The notes beneath the pieces are model-generated. The model saw nothing but the letters and a program-made list of their open reading frames with translations. It searched no databases and had not been told where the DNA came from. A DNA stretch of 64,000 nucleotides from Octopus vulgaris (Eukaryota): the NCBI GenBank assembly GCA_951406725.2, contig OX597829.1, positions 19,902,001-19,966,000 of the forward strand. The letters run 5' to 3'. Each line of letters starts with the position of its first letter. Position 1 is the first letter of the stretch. Positions 25,449 to 36,265 of the stretch are shown piece after piece. A program made the translations under genes and the position numbers.

Positions 25449-25899
25449 CATGTGGTGTATACGGAAACTGAAAGAAGCCCGTCGTGTATGTGTATTCGTC
25501 ACCGTAACTTAGCGGTTCGTCAAAAGACACCGAGGCATACTTTCGATATGAGTCCCATTTACGTCACATGTATTTGTTTACACTTGAAGATCGTCACTTT
25601 CCGTAAAATTTTTATTTTTTTATATATATGTGAGGTTAGGGTTAAGGGTGGGGGGAAGGGTATCTTTTTTCTTCAGAAATGTAAATAAACCCACGTGGGT
25701 CTATAAGTGACAGTTATGTTACACCGATATACTAGGCATACAAAGAATAAGTCCTTAGGTCGATTTGCTCGACTAAAGGCGTGCTCCCGCATGGCCGCGG
25801 TCAAATGACTGAAACAAAAGAATAAGGGCATGGAGATTGCTTCAATTCCCCTCTTAAGCAACTTTATAAAATAAAACGAAAAAAAAAGAAAAGGAAACG

Positions 25900-26560
25900 A
25901 AATGCTGATACGAATATTATGTACTAAAATCAGAGATCTCGTCTGGTTGCTTATCCACTTCAAACGAATGGAATAGATCCTTTACTTGTAGCCGACGATG
26001 TATAAATAAAAATATTGACGTACTTAACCAGACAGAACTCAGATGACTGTTTACCTCTTCGTAGCTAACTACAACTATATTGTGGGTAGTGAGGTCGCTT
26101 CTTAAACGATTAGCTGGGAGGGAGGGGAACCGTCAAGTTTAATTAAATGAGGTGTAATTACACTTGGAGCCCTTCCTTAATTACTTTCAAGAGAAAAGAC
26201 ATCTATAAAAAAAGAAAGCACTTATAAATAAATATATTACCAAATAAATAAATAAATCTTTTAGAGACCTGTATGCTCGGAATCTGAACATTTTGTTTCC
26301 CGTCATGCAAAGTCTCATCGTAATCGGAGATTACGTCTAATAGCTCTCTGCAAAATCTTTTTATTTTATTTTTATACATATATATATATATTTTGGTTTG
26401 GGTTCCATTTTAGAAGGGACTAGTTATTTAACGCCCTCTGAAGTCGAATTTTTCATCGGTCTATTTTCGTGTGACGGCATTTCACTACTAACGCAGTAAA
26501 TAGCTTTATGTAACAACATTGTCGCTGTTGTGTTTCGCGCGGTTTTGTCGTGTACAATGG
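25900..26560. promoter_or_regulatory. CpG-retaining promoter/5' UTR region of SIVA1, possibly bidirectional
   Basis: Repeat-free, visibly CpG-richer than its surroundings, directly upstream of the SIVA1 ATG; minus-strand donor-like site GAAGAG|GTAAAC at 26055/26054. Confidence 0.55.
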
Positions 26561-26665
26561 GTAAACGTAGCTGCCCGTTTTTTGAACCCCCCATCCAAAA
26601 GAAAATACATGTTGGTGTGAAAGAAGTCGATAATGGTGTTTCTGGGAACATGGAAGGAGTTTATG
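26557..26665 (+). CDS. SIVA1: Apoptosis regulatory protein Siva, coding exon 1
   Basis: ACAATGG start; MGKRSCPFFEPPIQKKIHVGVKEVDNGVSGNMEGVY aligns by eye with human SIVA1 [29 protein letters not shown]..EVF; phase-1 donor G|GTGAGT. Confidence 0.92.
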
Positions 26666-27408
26666 GTGAGTTCTTTAGACTATATATCGCTTAAAATGAC
26701 AACAAATTACAACCATTTTGTTTTTTTAGTGTTCAAAACACCAGACATCGAATATAAACACTAAAAAGAATAATGGTCTGTCAGTACTAATTTTGTTCAT
26801 CAGTTTTATCATATACTACTTGAAACATTGTTAAAAGTCAACTTGTTTACTTTTTTTATCGTGTACATTTATTGTAAATTATCTGTTGATATGCTGCCAT
26901 GTTGTGAGCAGATCTGATGAAAAACGTTCCATGTGACCATCTAATTTTGTTTATTTTTATTTTATTCATTCATACAATCTTTTAATATATATTTTGTTGT
27001 TCATACTCAGTCAACTGTGATCGAACAGACCTCTGATCAAAAGTAATCCACCTGTAATCACTTTTTCTATTACTTTTACTTTTTATGGGTATTTGAAACT
27101 ACGTTGTTTCCAAGTGTGTTCCTAAGGAAATTTGGTTGCTAAGTTCGGACGTCCACGTTCAGACTTTCTCGTTTGTTCGTGGGAAATATAAGTGTTATTT
27201 TTTAACCCAGATCAGGCCAATAATCAAAAGCATTTCAGTCGTGGCCATCTCCTCTTTTTAGAGAATCTTTGGTTACATTGCCTTTATTTAAGACGGACAG
27301 TAGCGATGGCTGTTATTTCTGACAGTTGAAGGACCACTTAAAGCTGTCTTTTAGTTGTTTTGATGTTTAGCCACAGGTAAACCATGACTGAACAGGCCTA
27401 TGATCATC

Positions 27409-27634
27409 CTCGTAGGGAAAACCCATGACAATACTTTAAATACTTTAAATAAAGATGTTTTCACTGAAAACCTACGCATGTGGTGCCCAAAAGGGTTAAA
27501 TTCGTTTGCGCACGCGTCAAACGAATTAAACAATCCTTTTGGGCACCACATGCGTAGATTTTCAGTGAAACCTCTTGAAGCCTATGACAATTTTAAAATT
27601 TATTTAAAGTATTGTCATGGGTTTTCCATACGAG
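27409..27634. mobile_element. Fold-back (hairpin) MITE in SIVA1 intron 1
   Basis: Arms CTCGTA.GGAAAACCCATGACAATACTTTAAATA..TTTCACTGAAAA.CTACGCATGTGGTGCCCAAAAGG..AATTCGTTTG and their reverse complement around a short GC-rich loop. Confidence 0.8.
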
Positions 27635-27720
27635 ATAGTTTTACCGTTTTTTCTTGCATAGATCTAACGGTAGTAGGAGCTAGGTTCAAATGCAACAAAA
27701 AGTGGAATGATCGCCTTTTT

Positions 27721-29230
27721 GGCGGAGGTAAAGATCATGGACCCGCACCCCCTGGGGTTTTTTTTTTTCTTCTACAGGAACACACTATGTCGAGGGCGGA
27801 GATTCCGAATCTGCATTTCAAAATTTAACCCCACCATCACCACCAACTTCTTGAATTTCCACTTTTTGAAAGAAAATTTGGCGGGCGAAATACGTAAAAA
27901 AATACGGAGATTATGATTCTGAAAGAAAAAAAAATTGTCTCCGCCCTATGACACGGAAGTGGCGATGTTTCGCTTGTCGTAGCACAAGTTTCCGTCGATT
28001 TCCGTAAAAAACTTTTTTTTTTTTACATAAGTAATGAGAGCGAAAGAGACTAAGAGGAAGCGATTTTATGACGAGGAAATTTCTCTTTGAAGTCCCCGTG
28101 TGTTTGTTTGATGGGGTGTGGGAGACAGACAGTATGTTGTGTAAGTGAAGTGCTTCTGTTAGTGTGTGCGAAGAGACAGAGAGAGTAATGTGTGAAAGAG
28201 AGAGATAACTGAAATTTTTTACTCGGTGTATGTGTATATGTATGTCTGCATGTATGTGTGTGTGTATGTATCTGTATGTGTGTGTGTATGTATCTATGTG
28301 TGTGTGTGTGTATGTATGTATGGCCGATTCAGTGTTTACAATTTTTACGGAAATCGACGGAAACGTGTGCTACGACAAGCGAAACATCGCCCACGAAGTG
28401 AAATTAAAAGTGTTTTCTCTACAATGTTTCATGAATGTGGAGGATTATAAAATAGCAGACGCAAAAAGTATCTAAACAGAAAACCTGACCTGCTAGAAAC
28501 ACATTTTCAAAATTTTTATACGAATTACCAAAGAAGAAAACATTTCAAAACTTAAACCCATCCCCAATTTCTTCATTTTTCACTTATTTTAGAGATATTT
28601 TTTGGCGAAATACGGAGATGATTCTAAAAAAAATTGTAAAATTCCAATTTTTCAACAACAACAAAAAATAATAAACACTCCCCCTCTCCACCCTATAACA
28701 GAAAGGGAAATTCCCCCATCCCCTTTTTTTCTTTGCCAGAGGGGCAAAGAATGAAAACATGTTTTGGGGTTTTCAAAATCTTCAATTTTCAGTACGCCCC
28801 AACCGGAAATCTGATAAGCTAGTAACAACAGCCAAACCGAGTATCAACTTTCTAAATACGAATTACCAAAAAAAAATTTTAATGTCATTTTGTTGTGTGT
28901 GTGTGAAAAAAATCTAATTTTTACATACCTCTTTTAATCCCAAAAGACCCTCAACCACAACATGGGTTATGTTTATTATTTTTTTTTTTTTTGAAAAATT
29001 GAAATTTTGCAAATTTTTTTTTTCAGAATCATAATCTCCATATTTTTCTATGGATTTCGCCCCCAATTTTTTTTTTAAGTGAAAATTTAAGAAATGGGGG
29101 GTGGGTCTAATTTTGAAATAAATTTAAAAAATTTTTTTTGGCAGGTTCAGAATCTCCGCCATCTATATAGTGTGTTCCCATGAAAAAAAAAATCCTAAAG
29201 GGGGTGCGGTCCATGATCTTTACCTCCGCC
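27721..29230. mobile_element. Long-TIR non-autonomous DNA transposon with GG termini
   Basis: GGCGGAGGTAAAGATCATGGACC.GCACCCC... / ...GGGGTGCGGTCCATGATCTTTACCTCCGCC; inverted similarity extends ~200 nt; no clean TSD seen. Confidence 0.8.
27961..28391. mobile_element. Nested MITE with GG-initiated ~50-bp TIRs
   Basis: GGCGATGTTTCGCTTGTCGTAGCAC..TTTCCGTCGATTTCCGTAAAAA and its reverse complement; near-identical flanks CACGGAAGT / CACGAAGT. Confidence 0.85.
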
Positions 29231-29534
29231 ATATTCCAGAAATATTGATAGGAAATGTTTTCTTTGTCATGGATGTAGAAAAGTTGACAACATCAGAAAG
29301 TAATAGTTCTTTGAAAAATCAAAACTTGAGCTTGGGTACAGAGACAAACAAATAATTTTTGACATTTTCGTTTTCAAGTTTCACGACCTGTTGGTAATTA
29401 CATGTTAATAGTGTGAAAATGTATGTTTGTTGCAATGGAAAAAGAGGGAAAGATTCCACCTGAAAATAAGATTAACAGAGACTGGAGGTTAAAACTTTAA
29501 CAGCTTTACTTCATACTTGAGGATAATGGCCCAG

Positions 29535-30470
29535 CTTGATATGTAGAAAAGGTGTCGCTAGAAACTCCATAAAGTGTACCTGGTGCAAGCTATGGACACA
29601 CAAGATGCAGCAGTATCACTGGAAGACTAACAGAGAAAGTAGTCTTTACATGTGGCAGATGTGCAGGTACATTAAACACCAAGAATGTACAAAAAAAATA
29701 GACTCCCTCAAATGTCAGCGGGGGATCCTTAGAAGTAGTAGACAGTTTCCATTACTTAGGTGACGTTAGTAGTGGAGGAGCTTGTTCCAAAAGCGTAGCT
29801 GTTAGTAACAAAGGGCCTCTCCCTTAGAGTGAAAGGCAGTTTGCATGGTGCCTGTATATGAATGGCTATGCAACATGGTAGCAAGACATGGGTTGTGACT
29901 ACTGAGGATATGCAAAGACTTGAAGGGCATGAAACCAGTACGCTCCGCTGGATTTGTAATATCATATTCACCTGAGTGTAAGTAATTTGAGAGAAAAACT
30001 GGGTATGCTGCCTAGCATTAGATGTAGCATGCAAGAGAGAAGACTGCTGGTATGGCCATGTAATGCATATGAATGAAAATAAGTTGCATCAATAGGTACT
30101 GATTTATAATTGCAGAGGGAACATGTGAAAGGGGTTGACTAAGGAAAACATGAGACGAAGTGGTGAGAAAGGATCTACAGACATTGGGACACAGAGGGGA
30201 TGACAAGATGCCAAGACTCCTGGCAGTTTGCTGTGCTTTAAAAGACGAGTGTGGCCGTTGCTGGTATCGCCTGACTGGCCCCGTGCCAGTGGCATGTAAA
30301 AGCACCCACTACACTCTCGGAGTGGTTGGCGTTAGAAAAGGTATCCAGCTGTAGAAATTCTGCCAGATCAGATTGGAGTCTTGTGCAGCCATCTGGTTCA
30401 CGCCAGACCAGTCAAATCGTCCAACCCATGCTAGCATGGAAAGCAGACGTTAAACGATGATGATGATGTC
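29535..30470 (+). mobile_element. Decayed RTE LINE 3' fragment
   Basis: ICRKGVARNSIKCTWCKLWTHK and downstream similarity to 15700-16430, ending in the RTE tail with (GAT)n. Confidence 0.85.
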
Positions 30471-31417
30471 AAGCTAATTAAAAATGTAGTTGTCCTTGCA
30501 TACAGGTTGTTCTCTGCATCACTCTCCAGCTGAGCATTCCTAACCTTGCGGGCTCGTGGGTGTTGGTGCTGTAAAAAGCACCCAGTAAAGTATTTGGCAT
30601 TAGGAAGGGCATCCAATCTTAGAAACCATGCCAAAACAGATATGGAATGTGCGCAGCTCTTCAGCAGGGCAGTTCCGGTCACACCATCAAACTCATGTCA
30701 GCATGGAAAACATGTTGAATGTTATAAAGACTTGTTACATCAGATTTACAGTATTCTCCAACTATACCCTTAAAAATAAGCAATATAACAGGAGAAATAT
30801 AATGAAAAAGTCCTTAGGGTCTAAGAAAATTTAAAGTCCTTGTCCAGCACTCTATAAAACCTGGGTGGGCCCCTTACCCTCCCCTGCTGCCATTAAGTAG
30901 ATTACTGGAACTTTGGCTACCATGACTAGACCAGGGATGAATACTGGTGTGGTTTCCCCTTCTCCAGGCAGGTGGGATTTGAACTCAGAATATAGAGAGC
31001 TGGACGACATACCATAAAGCATTTCTGCCAATGCATCAATGATTTTACCACTTGCCCACATGCAGAGCAACATAAAATTAAGTGTTTTGCCTCCAGAGCA
31101 CAACATACTGCCTGATCTGGAAATTGAACCTATGATTGCTAGATCATGAGCGTAACACCATAACTACTAGCTCATGCACCTTCACGCTATTGATTACTAA
31201 ATGTCCCCTATAAATGATTGCCAAGTCTTATGTCCATAAGATAAGTCATATCATCCACCAAGAACAAGATGTCATTAGATGAGGAGTGGCTAATTTTTAT
31301 TGTTGCATTCACTTTTTATTCTCTTTTGTTACGAGACCTTTTTTGTTTTTAATCAGCCATCTGCTTCCCCTGTAAATGATTGCCAAGTCTTATATTCTCT
31401 TTCTTTCTTTCTTCCAG

Positions 31418-31618
31418 AAAGAACAAAAATGCTTCTCTTTGCTGGAGCCTTATTGAGCAATCAAGACAAGAACAGCAACTTGGTAAAATCTGCTCCCAGT
31501 GCAAGTGAAAATGACACACCGGATTCTGAAGAAGATACATGTCAACCGAAAATTCTACGAGGGCAATGTCAAATCGATTTCTCAGGGAAACTGATTCCTT
31601 ACAGAAAAGCAAATTGGG
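31418..31618 (+). CDS. SIVA1: Apoptosis regulatory protein Siva, coding exon 2 (201 nt, phase 1-1)
   Basis: Strong acceptor TTCTTTCTTTCTTCCAG; splices in frame to exon 1 giving ..GVYERTKMLLFAGA (human EVFEKTKRLLFLGA) and ILRGQCQIDFSGKLI (human AARGQMLIGPDGRLI). Donor G|GTCAGA is weak, so the 3' boundary is less certain. Confidence 0.88.
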
Positions 31619-31926
31619 GTCAGAGTGTTTCTCAGTAGCATAAAACATGCATAATTTAACTGTGATCTGTGTAAAAAAAAAAATTTTTTTTTTAAAATTT
31701 TAAATACGAAAAAACTTTAATAGTTTTTACCATAGGATAATTGATATACGTGTTGCAAGTGATAATATGTGACATTACCATATCTAGTTCAGGAAACCTC
31801 ACCTCTTGTTTATCTTTTCTTCATCCAACGATAAAATCAATATTTATAATTTAATGATTTTTGTTTTCCATTCTATAATTTACCTTTTATTTATTTATTT
31901 TTCCTTTGCATAGAAAACGTGCCAAA

Positions 31927-32117
31927 TGCTCAGGCTCCAGCTAAGAGAAGCATTTTTGCTCTTTCTGGAGAAAGAGAATATAAGACTTGGCAATAATGTA
32001 GGTGTGTGGGGGGTGGGGTGGACTGATTAAAACAAAAACAAAAAGCGGAAAGATCTCAGTACAAAAGAGAAGAGGAAGTGGATGCAACAATAAAGTTAGC
32101 CATTCCTCATCTAATGA
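31927..32117 (-). repeat. Inverted duplicate of the SIVA1 intron-1/exon-2 junction (31272-31459)
   Basis: Reverse complement reads TCATTAGATGAGGAATGGCTAA..ATTGCCAAGTCTTATATTCTCTTTCTCCAG AAAGAGCAAAAATGCTTCTCTTAGCTGGAGCCTGAGCA; roughly 80% identical by eye. Confidence 0.95.
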
Positions 32118-33004
32118 TATATACTAAAGATCTTTTCAACTCATAATTTAGAAGGAAAAAAATATACTTTAGAATTTATAATTTAGATTGGTTAAATTTT
32201 TCATACATTGATGATTTTAAACTTTTCTTTTTTAGTTATTGTGCTTAAGTTAAAGTTGAAAGACTAATGGGATAAAGAGGTATGGTAATCAAAAATGAGT
32301 AGGTTAATTTCTGTTCTTAATTATGGGTGTGTCATTTAATTAACATGCTGTTGGGAAAAGACATCTCACTATAACAGTTTCATTTCTAAACCCTAAAAAA
32401 AAAAATGTCATTCTTCATTCATATGTAAATAAACTATCATTGTAGTGTGATGGTTCCCAACTCTTCAACAAGTTTCAATTTCAACTTGAAACAGTTTCAT
32501 TTACATTTTTAATCATTCATCCCTGGTAAAGACATATCATGTTGACTCTTTCAAGGCCTTATGCCTTTGTAATATATTGTATAAGAACTCGTCATTATTT
32601 TGTTTGTTTGTTTTGTTTTTTTTTAAATATCTACTACAAGCATTTTATTGCAAATATGAGAATAACAAGTTTTTAATGACAATATGTTTTGCTTCTTTTT
32701 TCAAAACCAATTGTTAAAATGTAATTATAAAAATCTTTTTAATTAATAAACTATTGTTTTTATCTCATGTTTTTACTTTGTAAAGTATTTTAAAACCATA
32801 AAAAAAAAAACACTGCTTGTTTAAATACTAGAACACAGAATCTCAAATTGCCACAACTATTAAACATTTAATAATCGTTGAATGGTTTGACTGGAACTGG
32901 TAAGCTGGAGAGCTGCACCAGGCTCCAGTCATCTGTTTTGGCTTGGTATCTATAACCGGATACTCTTCCTTAACACCAACCACTTTATAGTGGGTATTCT
33001 TTTT

Positions 33005-33280
33005 TTGTGTCACCAGCACAGGTGTCTTTTTCATGTCCCCAGCATAGGTGTCTTTGTCGTGTCTCCAGCACAGATGTTTTTTTTTTGTCCCCAGCACAAG
33101 TGTCTTTTTTGTGTCACCGGCACAAGCATCTTTTACGTGTCCCCGGCACAAGTGTCTTTTTCATGTCCCCCGCACAAGCGTCTTACATGTCCCTGGCATC
33201 AGCGTCATTTTTGTGTTACCAGCACAACATCTTTTATGTGTCACTGGCACAAGTGTCTTTTTTGTGTCACCTGCACAGAT
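33005..33280. repeat. Minisatellite, ~22-27 nt unit (GCACAAGTGTCTTTTTTGTGTCACC), about 11 copies
   Basis: Direct inspection; derived from the GTGCTTTTTACGTGCCACC unit of the adjacent minus-strand RTE tail. Confidence 0.85.
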
Positions 33281-34186
33281 ATCTGGAATATGAATGGCAT
33301 CAAGATCATCACTTGACTTGAAAAATAAAGACATGCACCTGTACACTATGCAGTTTAGCATGTTTTATGCCAGATGTCTTTTACCAGTGGGGAAGTTGTG
33401 CGAGAGATTGATGTTGCTTCAGTGTTCAATCTACCTGGCCATTTACACTTCAGCATGCAGTCTAACCTTAAGCCCTAATCCTAACCCAGATCAGGTCATT
33501 TCACACCATAAAGTACAGATACTGCAGTAGACTGCCTTTTAAAGTAGCACCATGAGATTTGAGTAAAAATTATGTGTGGCTGTGTGGTAAGAAGCTTGCT
33601 TCCCAACCACATGGTCCCAGGCTCAGTCCCACTGGACAAATGTCTTCTACTAAAGCCTTGTGAGTGGATTTGGTACATGGAAACTGAAAGAAGCCCATCA
33701 CATATATCTATGTATTTCTGTCTTTGTCCACCTCCATCGCTTGACAACCAATGTTGGTGTGTTTATGTCCCTGTAACTTAGCAGTTCAGCAAAAGCAACT
33801 GATTGAATAAGTACTAGGCTTACAAAGAATAAGTCCTGGGGTTGATTTGTTCAACTAAAGGTGGTGCTCCAGCGTGGCCACAGTCGAATGAAAGAATATC
33901 TCATTATGTGGCACCTAGGCTGACAAAAACCGTCTGAATGGATTTGTTAGATGGAAATTAAAAGAAATTAAATTAAACGTGTGTGTTTGTCCCTATCACC
34001 ACCACTTCTTGACAACCAGTGTTGGTTTGTTTATATCCCCATAAATTAGCAGTCTGACAAAAAAAGTGACTGATAGAATAAATACTAGATTTTGCAAAAC
34101 ATAAAAGTACTGGGGTCGATTTGACTGAAATTCTTCAAGGTGGCTGCAGTCCAATAACTGAAACAAGTGAAAGATATATTACATAG

Positions 34187-34606
34187 ACATTATTTACATT
34201 TGACGGATATTTGTCCTCATCTTGTTTGTTGTTAACACAACATTTTAGCTGATATACCCTCCAGCCTTCATCAGGTGTCTTGGGGAAATTTTGAATCTGG
34301 GTTCTCATTCCTAAGGTATTTTTCGATATTATTATTATTATTGTTGAGGTCACTACTTGGAATCTTGGGGTTAAGAGCGCAAGCTACTGACCCCAAGATT
34401 CCAAGCAGTGACCTGAACAATAATAATAATAACATTGAAAAATACCTTAGGAATGAGAACCCAGGTTTGAAATTTCCCCCAAGACACCTGAAGAAGGCTG
34501 GAGGGTATATCAGCCGAAATGTGTTAACAACAAACAAGATGAGGACAAATATCCATCAAATGTAAATAATGTACATAATTCCTCATCTCTTAAATATAGA
34601 ACTGTA
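34187..34606. mobile_element. Palindromic Penelope-like remnant with decayed hammerhead cores
   Basis: ~185-bp inverted arms (34187-34373 / 34388-34572); GACAC CTGAAGA A GGCTG..CAGCC GAAA..GTGTT at 34483-34525, mirrored on - in the left arm. Confidence 0.7.
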
Positions 34607-36265
34607 TGTTACATAGGTTTCAGTTATGCCACTTTACATCACCCATATCTTTTACTTGTTTCAGTCATTAGACTGGCCATGCTGGGGTTCTGTCTTGAAG
34701 AATTTTTTTTGTTGAATGTATCAACCCCCAGTACTTTTTTTTTGGTTTTAAGCTTGATATTAATTCCATAAGTCTCTTTTTGCTGAACTACTAAGTTATG
34801 GGGACATGAACACACCAGCATCAGTAAGTGGCAGTGGGGGACAAACACAGACTCAAAGACACATGTAATCACATAGATATATATATGTGTACATATAGAC
34901 AAAGGGCTTCTTTCAGTTTCCATTTACCAAATTCACTCACAAGGCTTTGGTTAGTCTGAGACTATAGTAGAAGACACTTGCCCTAGGTGCCACACAGTGA
35001 AATTGAACCCAGAACCATGTGGTTGAGAAGCATGTTTCTAACCACGCAGCCATGTCTGCTCCTATAATATATAACCCATTTATATATTGAAGTTAATTTA
35101 ATTAACTAAATCCCTACCCTACAATTTGTGGCCTGAACCAAAGAAAGAAATCAATATTACAGAAGTGCTCTACAAGATGGTCAGAATTAAAATATCCGAG
35201 GGTAGGTCTGGAACCTTGCTAATAAATCTTAATTTATCAATGTTGCAGCCTGCATCAGTTTCCAACCATTGTTCTATAAATATATTAGAATGTTCTCAAT
35301 ATAACCAGATAAGGTGGTGAGCTGGCAGAAATGTTAGCATGCCAGGTGAGATGCTTAGCAGTATTTCGTCTGCCATTATGTTCTGAGTTCAAATTCTGCT
35401 GAGGTTGACTTGCCTTTCATCCTTTCGGGGTCAATAAATTAAGTACCAGTTATGCACTGGGGTTGATGTAATCAACTTAATCCGTTTGTCTGTCCTTGTT
35501 TGTCCCCTCTATGTTTAGCCCCTTGTGGGCAATAAAAGAAATAAGAAATGTAAGCAAACCAGGTGAAATGCTTAGTGATATTTTATCTGTTTTTACAGTT
35601 TGTGTTCAAATTCTACCAAGGTTGACTATGCCGTTCATCCTTTCAGGATCGATAAATTAAGTATCAGTTGTGTAATGGGAGTTGATCTAATCGACTGGCT
35701 CCCTCCCCCAAAATTTCAGGCCTTGTGTAGGAAAGAATATAACACAATAAGGTGGAAAGCTGGCAGAATCACAGGATAAAGTGTTTAGCAGCATTTTGTC
35801 TGTCTCTACATTGACTTTAACTTTCAACCTTTTGGGAGTTGATAAAATAAGTACCAATTGAGCACAGGGGTCACCATAACCCAGTGCCCTGCAACTGGTA
35901 TTCCATGGCACACTGATGTGCCATGAGACGATGCTAGGTATGCCACTGTAACCTGAATATAATTTTTTTCCCTATACTTTTAGTTATATTTTTAGTTCAG
36001 ATGTGCCACTGAATTTTTAAAGGAATAAAAGTGTACCATTGTGAATAAAGGGTTGCGGAGTACTGATACGATTGACTTAGTTCCTCCAAATTTTGGCCCT
36101 TCTGCCAAAATTTGAAACCAGTATTATTAAAGATAAGGTGGCAAGCTAGCAGAATCATTAACACACTGGACAAAATGCTTAGCAGCATTTAGTCTATCTT
36201 TACATTCAGAGTTCAAATTCTGGCAAAGTTGCCTTTGTCTTTTATCTTGTAGTATGAGGAACAAA

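Noticed and set aside
31300-31638. 112-aa ORF as a stand-alone gene
   Set aside because: Only 31418-31618 is coding (SIVA1 exon 2); the rest is intron.
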